From Candidatus Electrothrix sp. GW3-4 (GTDB lineage: Bacteria; Desulfobacterota; Desulfobulbia; Desulfobulbales; Desulfobulbaceae): 32,000 nt of DNA. The notes beneath the pieces were generated by a model. The model worked only from the letters and a program-made list of their open reading frames with translations. It was not told the DNA's origin and did no database searches. Made by a program: the position numbers and the translations under genes. Location of the stretch: contig NZ_CP147990.1 in assembly GCF_037902255.1 (NCBI RefSeq), forward strand, positions 3,360,001 through 3,392,000, written 5' to 3'. The number at the start of each line of letters is the position of its first letter. Within the stretch, counting starts at the first letter, position 1. Below, one piece after another: positions 23,256 to 31,082 of the stretch.

Positions 23256-25676
23256 TCACGCCAGCGCCTGCCTTACCTTCTTGGCCAACCCTTCAAGGCG
23301 AAACGGTTTTTTAACAATGAGATCAACCCCAAGCTGCCTCATCTTTTCTATCTCGTCATGTTTTGAAAAACCAGTGACAATAATTGTTTTCTGTCCGGGA
23401 TGAATCATAATAATTTGCTCGTAGGTCTCCCGGCCATTGAGGCCGGGGCCCATGACCATATCCAACAGGAGAAGGTTTACCTTATTTTTTTGCATGTAGC
23501 GAACAGCCTCCTCACCGGAGGAAACCGCATGGACGGTGTATCCTAAAAGATTCAACATTTTACCTGCAATCTCTCGCTGCTCCGTCTCGTCATCAACCAG
23601 CAACACCGTCTCACCATTTCCTTTCAGGCCATCCAACGTCACCTCATCACTCTCTTGGATCAGTTCATCAGTGATTGCCGGGAAGAAGAGCTCGAACAGG
23701 GTCCCTTGAGGGCCGGATTCCACAATAATACCACCGTTATGATCCTGTACACTGTTCCAGACGACTGCCAACCCCAGCCCGGTCCCGCTTCTACCCATAA
23801 CTTTTTTACTGTAAAAAGGCTCAAAAATATGTTGCAGGTCGTTTTTATCAATGCCAGAACCTGTGTCTCTGATAGCAACAACAGCATACCTCCCGGCTTG
23901 AAGGGTCATACCGACTGCTGTCATCGGCACATCGACCAACTGATTGCGGGTGACGAGAGTAACAGTACCGTCACCATTGATGGCCTCGGCAGCGTTACCA
24001 ACCAGATTCATGATGCATTTTTTCATATGAACGGGAGAACAACTTATATTCATCAGGTTCGGTTCCAGGCTAACATTAAAAGAGACGTCCTCATGCCGTT
24101 TTTGGAGTTCTTTTCCTTCTGGCGAAACGAGATATTCACGAACGAGGGTATTGAGATTGGCAGGCTGCCGTTCTGCCAGCACACCACGCGCAACAGTCAG
24201 CAGATCAGCCACAACCTCACCGGCCATCTCTCCTGATCTCCTTATACTTTCAAGTGGTTGCCGAAGTTGACTATCATCAGGGAGTTCCATAAGCAACAGA
24301 TCCGGGTAACCTACTATGGCGGCGAGGATATTATTGAGGTCATGGGCCACCCCTCCGGCCATCAGCCCGATAGCCTCCATCTTTTCGGCCTTGCGTAATT
24401 TCGCCTCAGCCTCTTTCTGTGCAGTTATATCACGGGCAACATGCACGGATCCGACAAAAGAATTATTTTCATCATATAATGGTGTAACCATAATATGGAG
24501 ATAGCATTGTAACCGCTCCTCAAAAACTTCCGCAGAATAGGGCTTATGATCCTTGAGGAGCTTCGTATGAGGACAGAAGGTCGGCGGTGACTCAGTACCA
24601 TGCATGAGGCGGTAACATTTATTATTAATGATCTGCTCCATCGGTATATTCAACCTTTCGGACATAGCCTTATTGGCGTGGATAATATCATGCCGGTCAT
24701 TGAGAATAGTAATCAGGTCAGGGACTGAATCAAAGGTCCGTTCCCACTCTTTTTGCGCTCGCAGGGTTTCCAGCTGGGCCTTTTTACGTTCTTCTATCTC
24801 CTGTTGCAGCTCCAGGGTCCGGTCTTCAACGCGTTGCTCCATTTCTTCGTATGCCTGCTCCAGTTCATGTTCTACCTGTTTACGCTGTTCAATATTCCTG
24901 AGGATTTTTTTATTACCGCAATAGACACCGCCGAGTCCGATAAATAGCAGCACTGCATGCCATACAACAAGTATCAACCGGTTACGATCAGCGATTTCCT
25001 TAAACGGCAATAGCGGCACAGAAACAGATATTCCACCGCGTACGTCACCGACCTGATATCCTTGGGATGCATGGCATTGCATACATTCACCATTCACCAT
25101 GAGTGGTTTCATGAGGCGCAGGTAAGGTACGCCATTCATGACCTCAACAGAACTGACTTCTGTTACCCCTTGAACGAATTGTTTAAGGGCCTCAGCTTCC
25201 CACGGATCAGCCCGGTTTTCTGGACGAATCGGGTTAAGACTGGTGATATGTTCTTGTATGCCACTCTCCTGCATCTGCAATTCTAAAACCTGCCGCGTCA
25301 TGTAAGCGGGATTAACCAAAGTCAATTTTATTCCAGACGCTGTCATAATATCACGTCGTTCCGAAGTCAGGTGAGGATTACTCGGCGTCTTATCTGTCAC
25401 CGGTACATAGACTCCGCCATGCATGGCATTCCATCGACGATAAATAATATCTTTCTTATAAGAAGATCGAGCATGGGTTTGTGCCGTTTCCAGGGTGCTC
25501 TGCTGAATTCTATGCATATTCCATGTCATGGAAGAGGTTACCGTTGCCAGCCACAAAAAAGCCAGCACCCAGCCGTACCGCTGTTGCAACCTACATTCCT
25601 GCTGTTCAAAACGGTGAATTTGATCTCTTGGACCGGGAGCCATTTTTTTCGCTCGGTTAAAATTCAAGAAAGACAT
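23256..25676 (-). CDS. Hybrid sensor histidine kinase: TM - DUF3365 (Tll0287-like, CxxCH haem c) - TM - coiled coil - PAS - HisKA/HATPase - receiver
   Basis: The periplasmic segment is HITSLNPIRPENRADPWEAEAL...YLRLMKPLMVNGECMQCHAS...RGGISVSVPL (CMQCH at nt 25071-25085). The H-box is GGVAHDLNNILAAIVGY. The ATPase part has RDTGSGI and GTGLGLAVV. The C-terminal receiver reads VLLVDDE...LLLLDMVMGPGLNG...IIVTGF...VKKPF. Confidence 0.9.
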   Translation of the reverse strand: MSFLNFNRAKKMAPGPRDQIHRFEQQECRLQQRYGWVLAFLWLATVTSSMTWNMHRIQQSTLETAQTHARSSYKKDIIYRRWNAMHGGVYVPVTDKTPSNPHLTSERRDIMTASGIKLTLVNPAYMTRQVLELQMQESGIQEHITSLNPIRPENRADPWEAEALKQFVQGVTEVSSVEVMNGVPYLRLMKPLMVNGECMQCHASQGYQVGDVRGGISVSVPLLPFKEIADRNRLILVVWHAVLLFIGLGGVYCGNKKILRNIEQRKQVEHELEQAYEEMEQRVEDRTLELQQEIEERKKAQLETLRAQKEWERTFDSVPDLITILNDRHDIIHANKAMSERLNIPMEQIINNKCYRLMHGTESPPTFCPHTKLLKDHKPYSAEVFEERLQCYLHIMVTPLYDENNSFVGSVHVARDITAQKEAEAKLRKAEKMEAIGLMAGGVAHDLNNILAAIVGYPDLLLMELPDDSQLRQPLESIRRSGEMAGEVVADLLTVARGVLAERQPANLNTLVREYLVSPEGKELQKRHEDVSFNVSLEPNLMNISCSPVHMKKCIMNLVGNAAEAINGDGTVTLVTRNQLVDVPMTAVGMTLQAGRYAVVAIRDTGSGIDKNDLQHIFEPFYSKKVMGRSGTGLGLAVVWNSVQDHNGGIIVESGPQGTLFELFFPAITDELIQESDEVTLDGLKGNGETVLLVDDETEQREIAGKMLNLLGYTVHAVSSGEEAVRYMQKNKVNLLLLDMVMGPGLNGRETYEQIIMIHPGQKTIIVTGFSKHDEIEKMRQLGVDLIVKKPFRLEGLAKKVRQALA

Positions 25677-25934
25677 TGGCAGTCCCTGAACTCTCTGAGG
25701 GCATCTACTTCGGCATTTAAGACAACATCCCTTCCAGCGGACGGGCTACTCCTCCCCAGAATATATTTTACAAGGAGACCTTCCCGACCGCATTGATCCA
25801 AGTCAATAAGGTTAGGTAATTCTTACAGCAGAAAAATTATTTAATGATACGCTTAACGCGTTAGCGCAAAAAAAAGGGGGGGGGCATTTGGGAAAGAAAG
25901 GGAAAAAGGCTCTTGCAGGATCCGGTAACAAATC

Positions 25935-25965
25935 AAAAAAAAGGCTGTACAGTACCTGTACAGCC
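25935..25965 (-). terminator. Rho-independent terminator downstream of the flavoprotein gene
   Basis: On the minus strand it reads GGCTGTACAG-GTA-CTGTACAGCC followed by T8. It lies about 50 nt after the stop at 26014. Confidence 0.8.
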
Positions 25966-26013
25966 ATCCTTTAAGCAATCCCGCCTGTGTCAGCAGGTTA
26001 ACAATCAGCGCCC

Positions 26014-26628
26014 TTATTCATGCAACCTGCCCTTTCTGGGATAACTTGCCCGAACCGGTTGAATCGCCTTGCCCAGCCACCCTATGGCACGACCAAGCTG
26101 ACGCATATTGGCCATTCCCTCTATATCGTCCTTGACCTCTCCCTTGTCCAGCCCAAAGCCCATATTCCAATATGTTGAGCCAGGAACGATCATCTGGGAC
26201 ATCTGAAACATATGGTTGATGGTGTCAAAGACATGTGTGGCCCCACCTCTTCGGACAGCAACAACCGCCGCACCGATCTTACCGGCAAAGGCATGGTCAT
26301 TGGCAAAGGCAACATAGCCTGCCCGCTCGATAAGGGCTTTGAGGTCGGCTCCGACCGCTGCAAAGTACACCGGCGAACCCAGGATAATCGCGTCGGCCCT
26401 GAGCATCTTACTGTAGATCTCGTTAAAGGCATCTTCCTCCTGCGCGCATCGGTTATCCTGCTTCTTGAAGCAGCTGTGACAGGCCAGACAGCCGCGAATA
26501 TCGATCCCGCCGACCTTGACCAGCTCTGTTTCCCAGTTAAGATTATCGAGTTCCCCCAAGACCTCCTGCAACAAGACCTCTGTGTTCCCCCCCTTTCTCG
26601 GACTCCCGTTTACTGCCAGTGCGTACAT
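26014..26628 (-). CDS. Iron-sulfur flavoprotein (Isf-like) / NADPH-dependent FMN reductase family
   Basis: The flavodoxin-like N-terminus is AVNGSPRKGGNTEVLL. The compact cluster motif C-x2-C-x2-C-x7-C (CLACHSCFKKQDNRC) is as in Isf-type proteins. There is a GGAGGA Shine-Dalgarno 7 nt ahead of the ATG. Confidence 0.85.
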   Translation of the reverse strand: MYALAVNGSPRKGGNTEVLLQEVLGELDNLNWETELVKVGGIDIRGCLACHSCFKKQDNRCAQEEDAFNEIYSKMLRADAIILGSPVYFAAVGADLKALIERAGYVAFANDHAFAGKIGAAVVAVRRGGATHVFDTINHMFQMSQMIVPGSTYWNMGFGLDKGEVKDDIEGMANMRQLGRAIGWLGKAIQPVRASYPRKGRLHE

Positions 26629-26771
26629 GTAATTTCCTCCAAAGACGTTTGGTTAGAATAACATCGAAGACACTTCGGCCTTTGACCAGCTCTTTGCTCT
26701 TTCGGCCCATCACCTTCCTGAGGAAGAGAGTTCCGTCTCGTCAGATTAAAATGATAGAGGCTCGCTCGCAA

Positions 26772-26807
26772 TAAAAAAAGGCCGTACAGTCAAAAACTGT
26801 ACGGCCT
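26772..26807 (-). terminator. Rho-independent terminator of tRNA-fMet
   Basis: On the minus strand it reads AGGCCGTACAGT-TTTTG-ACTGTACGGCCT followed by T7. It starts 12 nt after the tRNA's 3' CCA. Confidence 0.85.
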
Positions 26808-26819
26808 TGAGATATCTTG

Positions 26820-26896
<77 letters not shown>

Positions 26897-26908
26897 TCAC
26901 TGGAAAGC

Positions 26909-26937
26909 AATATATACTAATCTCGACATCCTGTCAA
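26909..26937 (-). promoter_or_regulatory. Sigma-70-type promoter for tRNA-fMet
   Basis: On the minus strand: TTGACA (26937-26932), a 17-nt spacer, then TATATT (26914-26909), with 12 nt to the mature tRNA 5' end. The sequence immediately upstream is AT-rich and UP-element-like (AAATAAAAAAGAATGATAG). Confidence 0.75.
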
Positions 26938-26964
26938 GAGATTATTTCACACTATCATTCTTTT

Positions 26965-27432
26965 TTATTTATCAGGCTCCATCTCCTGTTGCCATATACC
27001 CTGAATCGCCTCCCGAATATTATCTGGAAAGGACATCAGCTTGCCCTGGCGATTGATGCAGGCATGGTTGGTAAAGCCCTTAGCCAGGAGCTGCTCCCTA
27101 TTCTGCTCTTCTTCCCAGCGAGTAATTCGATAATGGAAGCGGAGGGAAACGAATTTAATCTCAGCAAGGGCGGTGGCAATGGTGATCAGGTCATCGTATC
27201 TGGCCGGGGCCTTATAACGAAGATAGCTCTCAGTCACTGGCAGAATAATCCCCTGCCGTTCCATATCGCTGTAGGGCATGGCCCAGTTACGCATCAGCTC
27301 AGTTCGGCCCATTTCAACAAAACGGAGATAGTTGGCATTATAGACCAACCCTCCAGAATCGGTATCACCGTAGATTACCCGATACTGGACCCGGAAGATC
27401 GGCTCTGTCATCTTCATGTGCAAATCAGCCAT
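26965..27432 (-). CDS. Acyl-CoA thioesterase, 4HBT (YbgC/FadM-like) family
   Basis: The family signature is YRVIYGDTDSGGLVYNANYLRFVEMGRTE. I chose the start at MADLHMKM (GGAGGG Shine-Dalgarno, 1 nt after the upstream stop) rather than the 218-aa track ORF, which overlaps the upstream gene. Confidence 0.85.
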   Translation of the reverse strand: MADLHMKMTEPIFRVQYRVIYGDTDSGGLVYNANYLRFVEMGRTELMRNWAMPYSDMERQGIILPVTESYLRYKAPARYDDLITIATALAEIKFVSLRFHYRITRWEEEQNREQLLAKGFTNHACINRQGKLMSFPDNIREAIQGIWQQEMEPDK

Positions 27433-27433
27433 A

Positions 27434-28684
27434 TCACCCTCCAGCCTTTGTCCCGACAAAGCGGGTAAAGAAGGCTGCCCCGCTGTCAAGACAGAGGTTG
27501 CCTTGTTCTGCTGCCGCAATGATATTCGCCTCGGTGTAGGTGATACCCGAGGACCGCTCAACTCCCTCGGAATCGTAGATAAACAGGGGCACAGGCCAGT
27601 CCTCATGAGTGCGACGGGCAAGGGGGGTGTAATGATCCATGGTCACCACCAGACGATAGGGCTCGCCTCGGCGGTCCATCTCCGTGACAATCGGGGCCAC
27701 GACCTTACTGTCAAAATCCTCAATGGCCTGTACCTTATCCGAGACAGAGCCCTGATGGCCTGCCTCATCCGGGGCCTCCACATGGACCAGCACAAAATCC
27801 TGGGCCTTGAGAGACTCCAGGGCGGCCTCGGCCTTGCCCTGATAATTGGTATCCAGATAGCCGGTGGCGCCCTCGACCTCCAGTACCTCCAGACCGCTGC
27901 ACACGCCCAATCCCTTGAGCAAGTCTACTGCCGAGATAAGACTACCCGTGATGCCGTGCCGTTCCTGCAAGGTGTTCATAGCGGGTTTCTTACCCTCCCC
28001 CCAGATCCAAAGGGCATTGGCAGGACGCTTGCCTTCAGCCTGGCGCCTCAGGTTGACCGGATGATCGGCAAGCACCTGAGCAGAGGTCCGCATCAGCTCA
28101 GCGAGGTAATCAATGCCAAGATACTGCTGATAGAATACTGTCACGTCCTGATCCATATGGTCATGGGGCGGGACCGTGTGCAGAGAGTCAGGCACCCTGC
28201 CTTGATGGATAAGCAGATGACGATAGCTGACACCGGGGTAAAAGTGCAGTCGATCCGTGCCACAGGCCGCCTGCACCGCTGTGATCAGCTCTGCGGCTTC
28301 TTTGCTGCTGATATGGCCTGCACTGTAGTCAATCATGGTCATACGATCATCATCCAGATACTCCACCGTGACCAGATTGCAGCGAAAGGCTAGGGCATCC
28401 TCAGGGATGGAGACTCCCATACTGGCCGCCTCTAAGGGTGCCCGACCGGTGTAATATTTATTCGGCTCATAGCCGAGCAGGGAGAGGTTAGCCACATCAC
28501 TGCCCGGAGGGTAGCCCTCTGGCACAGTACGCACCAGCAGGGGCTCGGCAGCTGCGCAGAGTCGATCAATGAAAGGTTTATGGGCGACTTCCAGCGGGGT
28601 TTTGCCCCCGAGTTCCGGCACCGGAGTATCACCCATGCCGTCGCCGATCAGGAGAATGTATTTCATAAGCGTACAGTGTTTCAT
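27434..28684 (-). CDS. apgM: Cofactor-independent phosphoglycerate mutase, archaeal type (ApgM family metalloenzyme)
   Basis: The signature is MKYILLIGDGMGDTPVPELGGKTPLEVAHKPFIDRL...PPGSDVANLSLLGYEP..YYTGRAPLEAASMGV...AFRCNLVT...VHVEAPDEAGHQG. The start is set at MKHCTL (GGAGGGG Shine-Dalgarno). The track ORF's extra 29 N-terminal codons are probably not translated. Confidence 0.88.
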   Translation of the reverse strand: MKHCTLMKYILLIGDGMGDTPVPELGGKTPLEVAHKPFIDRLCAAAEPLLVRTVPEGYPPGSDVANLSLLGYEPNKYYTGRAPLEAASMGVSIPEDALAFRCNLVTVEYLDDDRMTMIDYSAGHISSKEAAELITAVQAACGTDRLHFYPGVSYRHLLIHQGRVPDSLHTVPPHDHMDQDVTVFYQQYLGIDYLAELMRTSAQVLADHPVNLRRQAEGKRPANALWIWGEGKKPAMNTLQERHGITGSLISAVDLLKGLGVCSGLEVLEVEGATGYLDTNYQGKAEAALESLKAQDFVLVHVEAPDEAGHQGSVSDKVQAIEDFDSKVVAPIVTEMDRRGEPYRLVVTMDHYTPLARRTHEDWPVPLFIYDSEGVERSSGITYTEANIIAAAEQGNLCLDSGAAFFTRFVGTKAGG

Positions 28685-28727
28685 CTCTGCCCCTCCCCCA
28701 GAAGAAGGCGAAGGACAGAGGAGTTCA

Positions 28728-29552
28728 TTAGCGTTGGTATTGGAAGCTGGACCACGGACTTGCCAGGCCATTCATGCCGCGTCGCCCTTGGGCCATGACA
28801 CGCCACTCGCCCTGCCCTGCGCCGGGAAAATCAAAGGTTACAAAGCTTGCATCGCCAGTGGTGTTAAAGGTATTCCACAACCTACCATTATATTTCACCT
28901 CAACCACATAGCCCCGGGCCCGGGGAACAGGCTGCCAGGCCACTAGGGTGCGGCGGGGCAGATGATGGAAGACCGTGCCCTGGGCCGGGGAGACCTGCTG
29001 CGGAGCAGGTATCGGCCTCTGGTTCCGACATTTGCATTGGGTCATAACGCCACTTGCAAGCAGGGTTCTGGAAGTCGGGCTCATGCGGGTGCCGCATCCC
29101 GGCCCTCCATCAACAACCGCAAAGATAGAGTACTGAATATCAGCTTTCCCCCTGCGGCAGGGCAAGGGCTTAAGGGCCCGACAGACTTCCCGTTGCAGGG
29201 TTCTTTCAAATTTCTGCATAGTATAGCCGGAAATACGCTGCTGATCCATACATTCACGGGGAGTCATCCCGTTTTGCCTGTTATACCATTGGCTCTGCAT
29301 ACAATGCTCAGCATTCTCTTTGGCCCGGATGGCCGCGCCTATGGGCATCCGCCCCCTCCCCATACTCCGAAATTCGCCAAATTGAATCACCTTGTTCATG
29401 GGCCTGCCGTTCACCTGGGTGACCACCACTTCATAGCGGGCGTTACAGGTACCCGAGACTGCCTGCACCGTGTTCAGCGGCAGCAGGCAGAACAGGGCCA
29501 CAAGCAGGACGACCAGTTTCGCCAGGGAGAGTTTCTCAGTGATTGTTTTCAT
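28728..29552 (-). CDS. Secreted cysteine-rich protein of unknown function with FN3-like C-terminal domain
   Basis: The start is set at MKTITEKLSLAKLVVLLVALFCLLPLNTVQA (AAGGAGA Shine-Dalgarno, clear signal peptide). The mature part has 9 Cys. The C-terminal 90 aa (RTLVAWQPVPRARGYVVEVKY...EWRVMAQG...SPWSSFQY) look like a fibronectin-III/Ig-like beta sandwich. I recognise no family. Confidence 0.7.
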   Translation of the reverse strand: MKTITEKLSLAKLVVLLVALFCLLPLNTVQAVSGTCNARYEVVVTQVNGRPMNKVIQFGEFRSMGRGRMPIGAAIRAKENAEHCMQSQWYNRQNGMTPRECMDQQRISGYTMQKFERTLQREVCRALKPLPCRRGKADIQYSIFAVVDGGPGCGTRMSPTSRTLLASGVMTQCKCRNQRPIPAPQQVSPAQGTVFHHLPRRTLVAWQPVPRARGYVVEVKYNGRLWNTFNTTGDASFVTFDFPGAGQGEWRVMAQGRRGMNGLASPWSSFQYQR

Positions 29553-30319
29553 ACGCTTTCTCCTTTGTTCTTGTGCTGATGATAATATAATGAGTGTGGT
29601 GTTGATACAGGACGTACTGAGGAATGCAGGGAGCTGAGGGGCTAAGGCGTTCAAGGTTATACATGCAGGATATCTGTTCGTCTACCGCAGTGATCATTGC
29701 AGTCGGTCGGAAAAATACGGAAAGCAGATCCAGTATAATCTGGGAGAGACAGGTGCGTTGACCTCGGGACGCCCAAGTATGCCTACCATATCCTGTCTCC
29801 TTGTTTACTAACAACAATCAAAATGACCACACAACTCCTCGATATTCAACCCTAAAACCCAAAACATATTTTGTCAAGAAATTCTTCGGCATTTGGCAGA
29901 AACGAGAAAGAGGCCCAGGCGTTAAACAAGAAGGAAAGATGCAGGGATAGGCCTCTATATCTCTTCAAAATCACCACGGGCAATCAAGGGGATTAACCAG
30001 ACACCCCACCCAAAACACAAAGGTGGATACGCAGGCCTGCGCGCCCTACAGGGATGGTGGATTGTCCCCCATAAGGCATCTTGAAAAACATAGCTCTAAT
30101 CCGACATTCCGCACCTCACTTTGTGAAAGCTACCTCTATCCTGTAGGGACAAACGATAACGGCCCCGTGATTTATCGCGGGGCATGCTCTGTCTCTCCTT
30201 GGTGTCCCCACCAAATTTCACTTCCTGTCTGCACCAAGTTCTGCTTCATGGAGATACCAACAAAATCGGCACCAGGTCGGCCTGGGCATGTAAAATCATG
30301 GCGCGCCGTGTCCCTACCG

Positions 30320-31081
30320 CTACTGTACCGAACCCAGGGGCAGGACCACCGGGATGCCGTCGACCTCCCGGATCAGGGCGTGCATACCAAAGACCTCGCG
30401 GATAGCCCCAGGGGTCATGACCTCACGATCTCCACAGGCGTGCAGGCCCCCGTCCTTGAGCAGGACAAAACGGTTGGCATAGCGCAGGGCGATGCTCAGA
30501 TCGTGGAGCACGGTGATAGTGAGCAGGTTCATCTCTTGGGTCAGCTCCTGGAGGATGGACATGGTCTCCAACTGGTTGCGGACATCCAAATGATTGACCG
30601 GCTCATCCAGGAGCAGGACCTTGGGTTCCTGGACCAGGGCACGGGCGATGACCACCTTTTGCAGCTCGCCGCCGGAAAGCTCGGTGGTCTCGCGCAGGGC
30701 CAGCCGCTCCATGCCCAGTCGCTTAAGCATCCCCTCAACTACCTCAAGATCGCGCGGGGTGACAGTGCGCCCGAAATGGGGCTTCCTGCCCAAGAGCACG
30801 GCATCAAAGACCGTGCAGATCACGCCCCCGCTTTTCTGGGGCATATAGCCGATGCGGCGGGCGATCTCCTTACCGGAAAGATCCTTGAGCGCCCTGCCTT
30901 CCACCAGCACTGCTCCCTGCCTGGGCTTGAGGATACCGTTGATGGTCTTGAGCAGGGTGGACTTGCCTGAACCATTGACACCCAGCAGGGCAGTCATTTC
31001 GCCGCTGCCCAGGCGGAAGCTGATGTTATCCAGGATGTTGGTGCCGTTAAAGGCAAAGGAAAGTTTGTTAAGTTGTAGCAT
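30320..31081 (-). CDS. ABC transporter ATP-binding protein, iron-siderophore/cobalamin (FepC/FecE/BtuD) type
   Basis: Walker A is GVNGSGKSTLL, the signature is LSGGELQKVVIARAL and Walker B is LLLLDEPVNHLD. Its start is 1 nt after the upstream permease stop. Confidence 0.92.
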   Translation of the reverse strand: MLQLNKLSFAFNGTNILDNISFRLGSGEMTALLGVNGSGKSTLLKTINGILKPRQGAVLVEGRALKDLSGKEIARRIGYMPQKSGGVICTVFDAVLLGRKPHFGRTVTPRDLEVVEGMLKRLGMERLALRETTELSGGELQKVVIARALVQEPKVLLLDEPVNHLDVRNQLETMSILQELTQEMNLLTITVLHDLSIALRYANRFVLLKDGGLHACGDREVMTPGAIREVFGMHALIREVDGIPVVLPLGSVQ

Positions 31082-31082
31082 G

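Noticed and set aside
27416-28393. The 325-aa + strand ORF, and similar long antisense ORFs (30023..30970 +, 30852..31472 +, 31258..31953 +, 12000..12647 -, 8172..8669 -, 23655..24236 +).
   Set aside because: Each lies entirely opposite a gene with strong family motifs (apgM, the ABC ATPase and permease, the peptidase fusion, GH57, the kinase). Their translations are Arg/Gly/His-rich with no recognisable motifs, as is typical of antisense frames.
30020-30300. A possible cobalamin riboswitch next to the BtuCD/FecCD-type importer (the + strand has AGGGATGGTGGATTGTCC and ACCAGGTCGGCCTGGG, vaguely like the GGGAA..GGTG..TCC core and the B12 box).
   Set aside because: The resemblance is partial. 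The conserved CCCGCAACTGTAA-type segment is not present, I could not build a consistent P1-P6 pairing, and on the + strand it would precede no gene. A covariance-model scan is needed before any claim.
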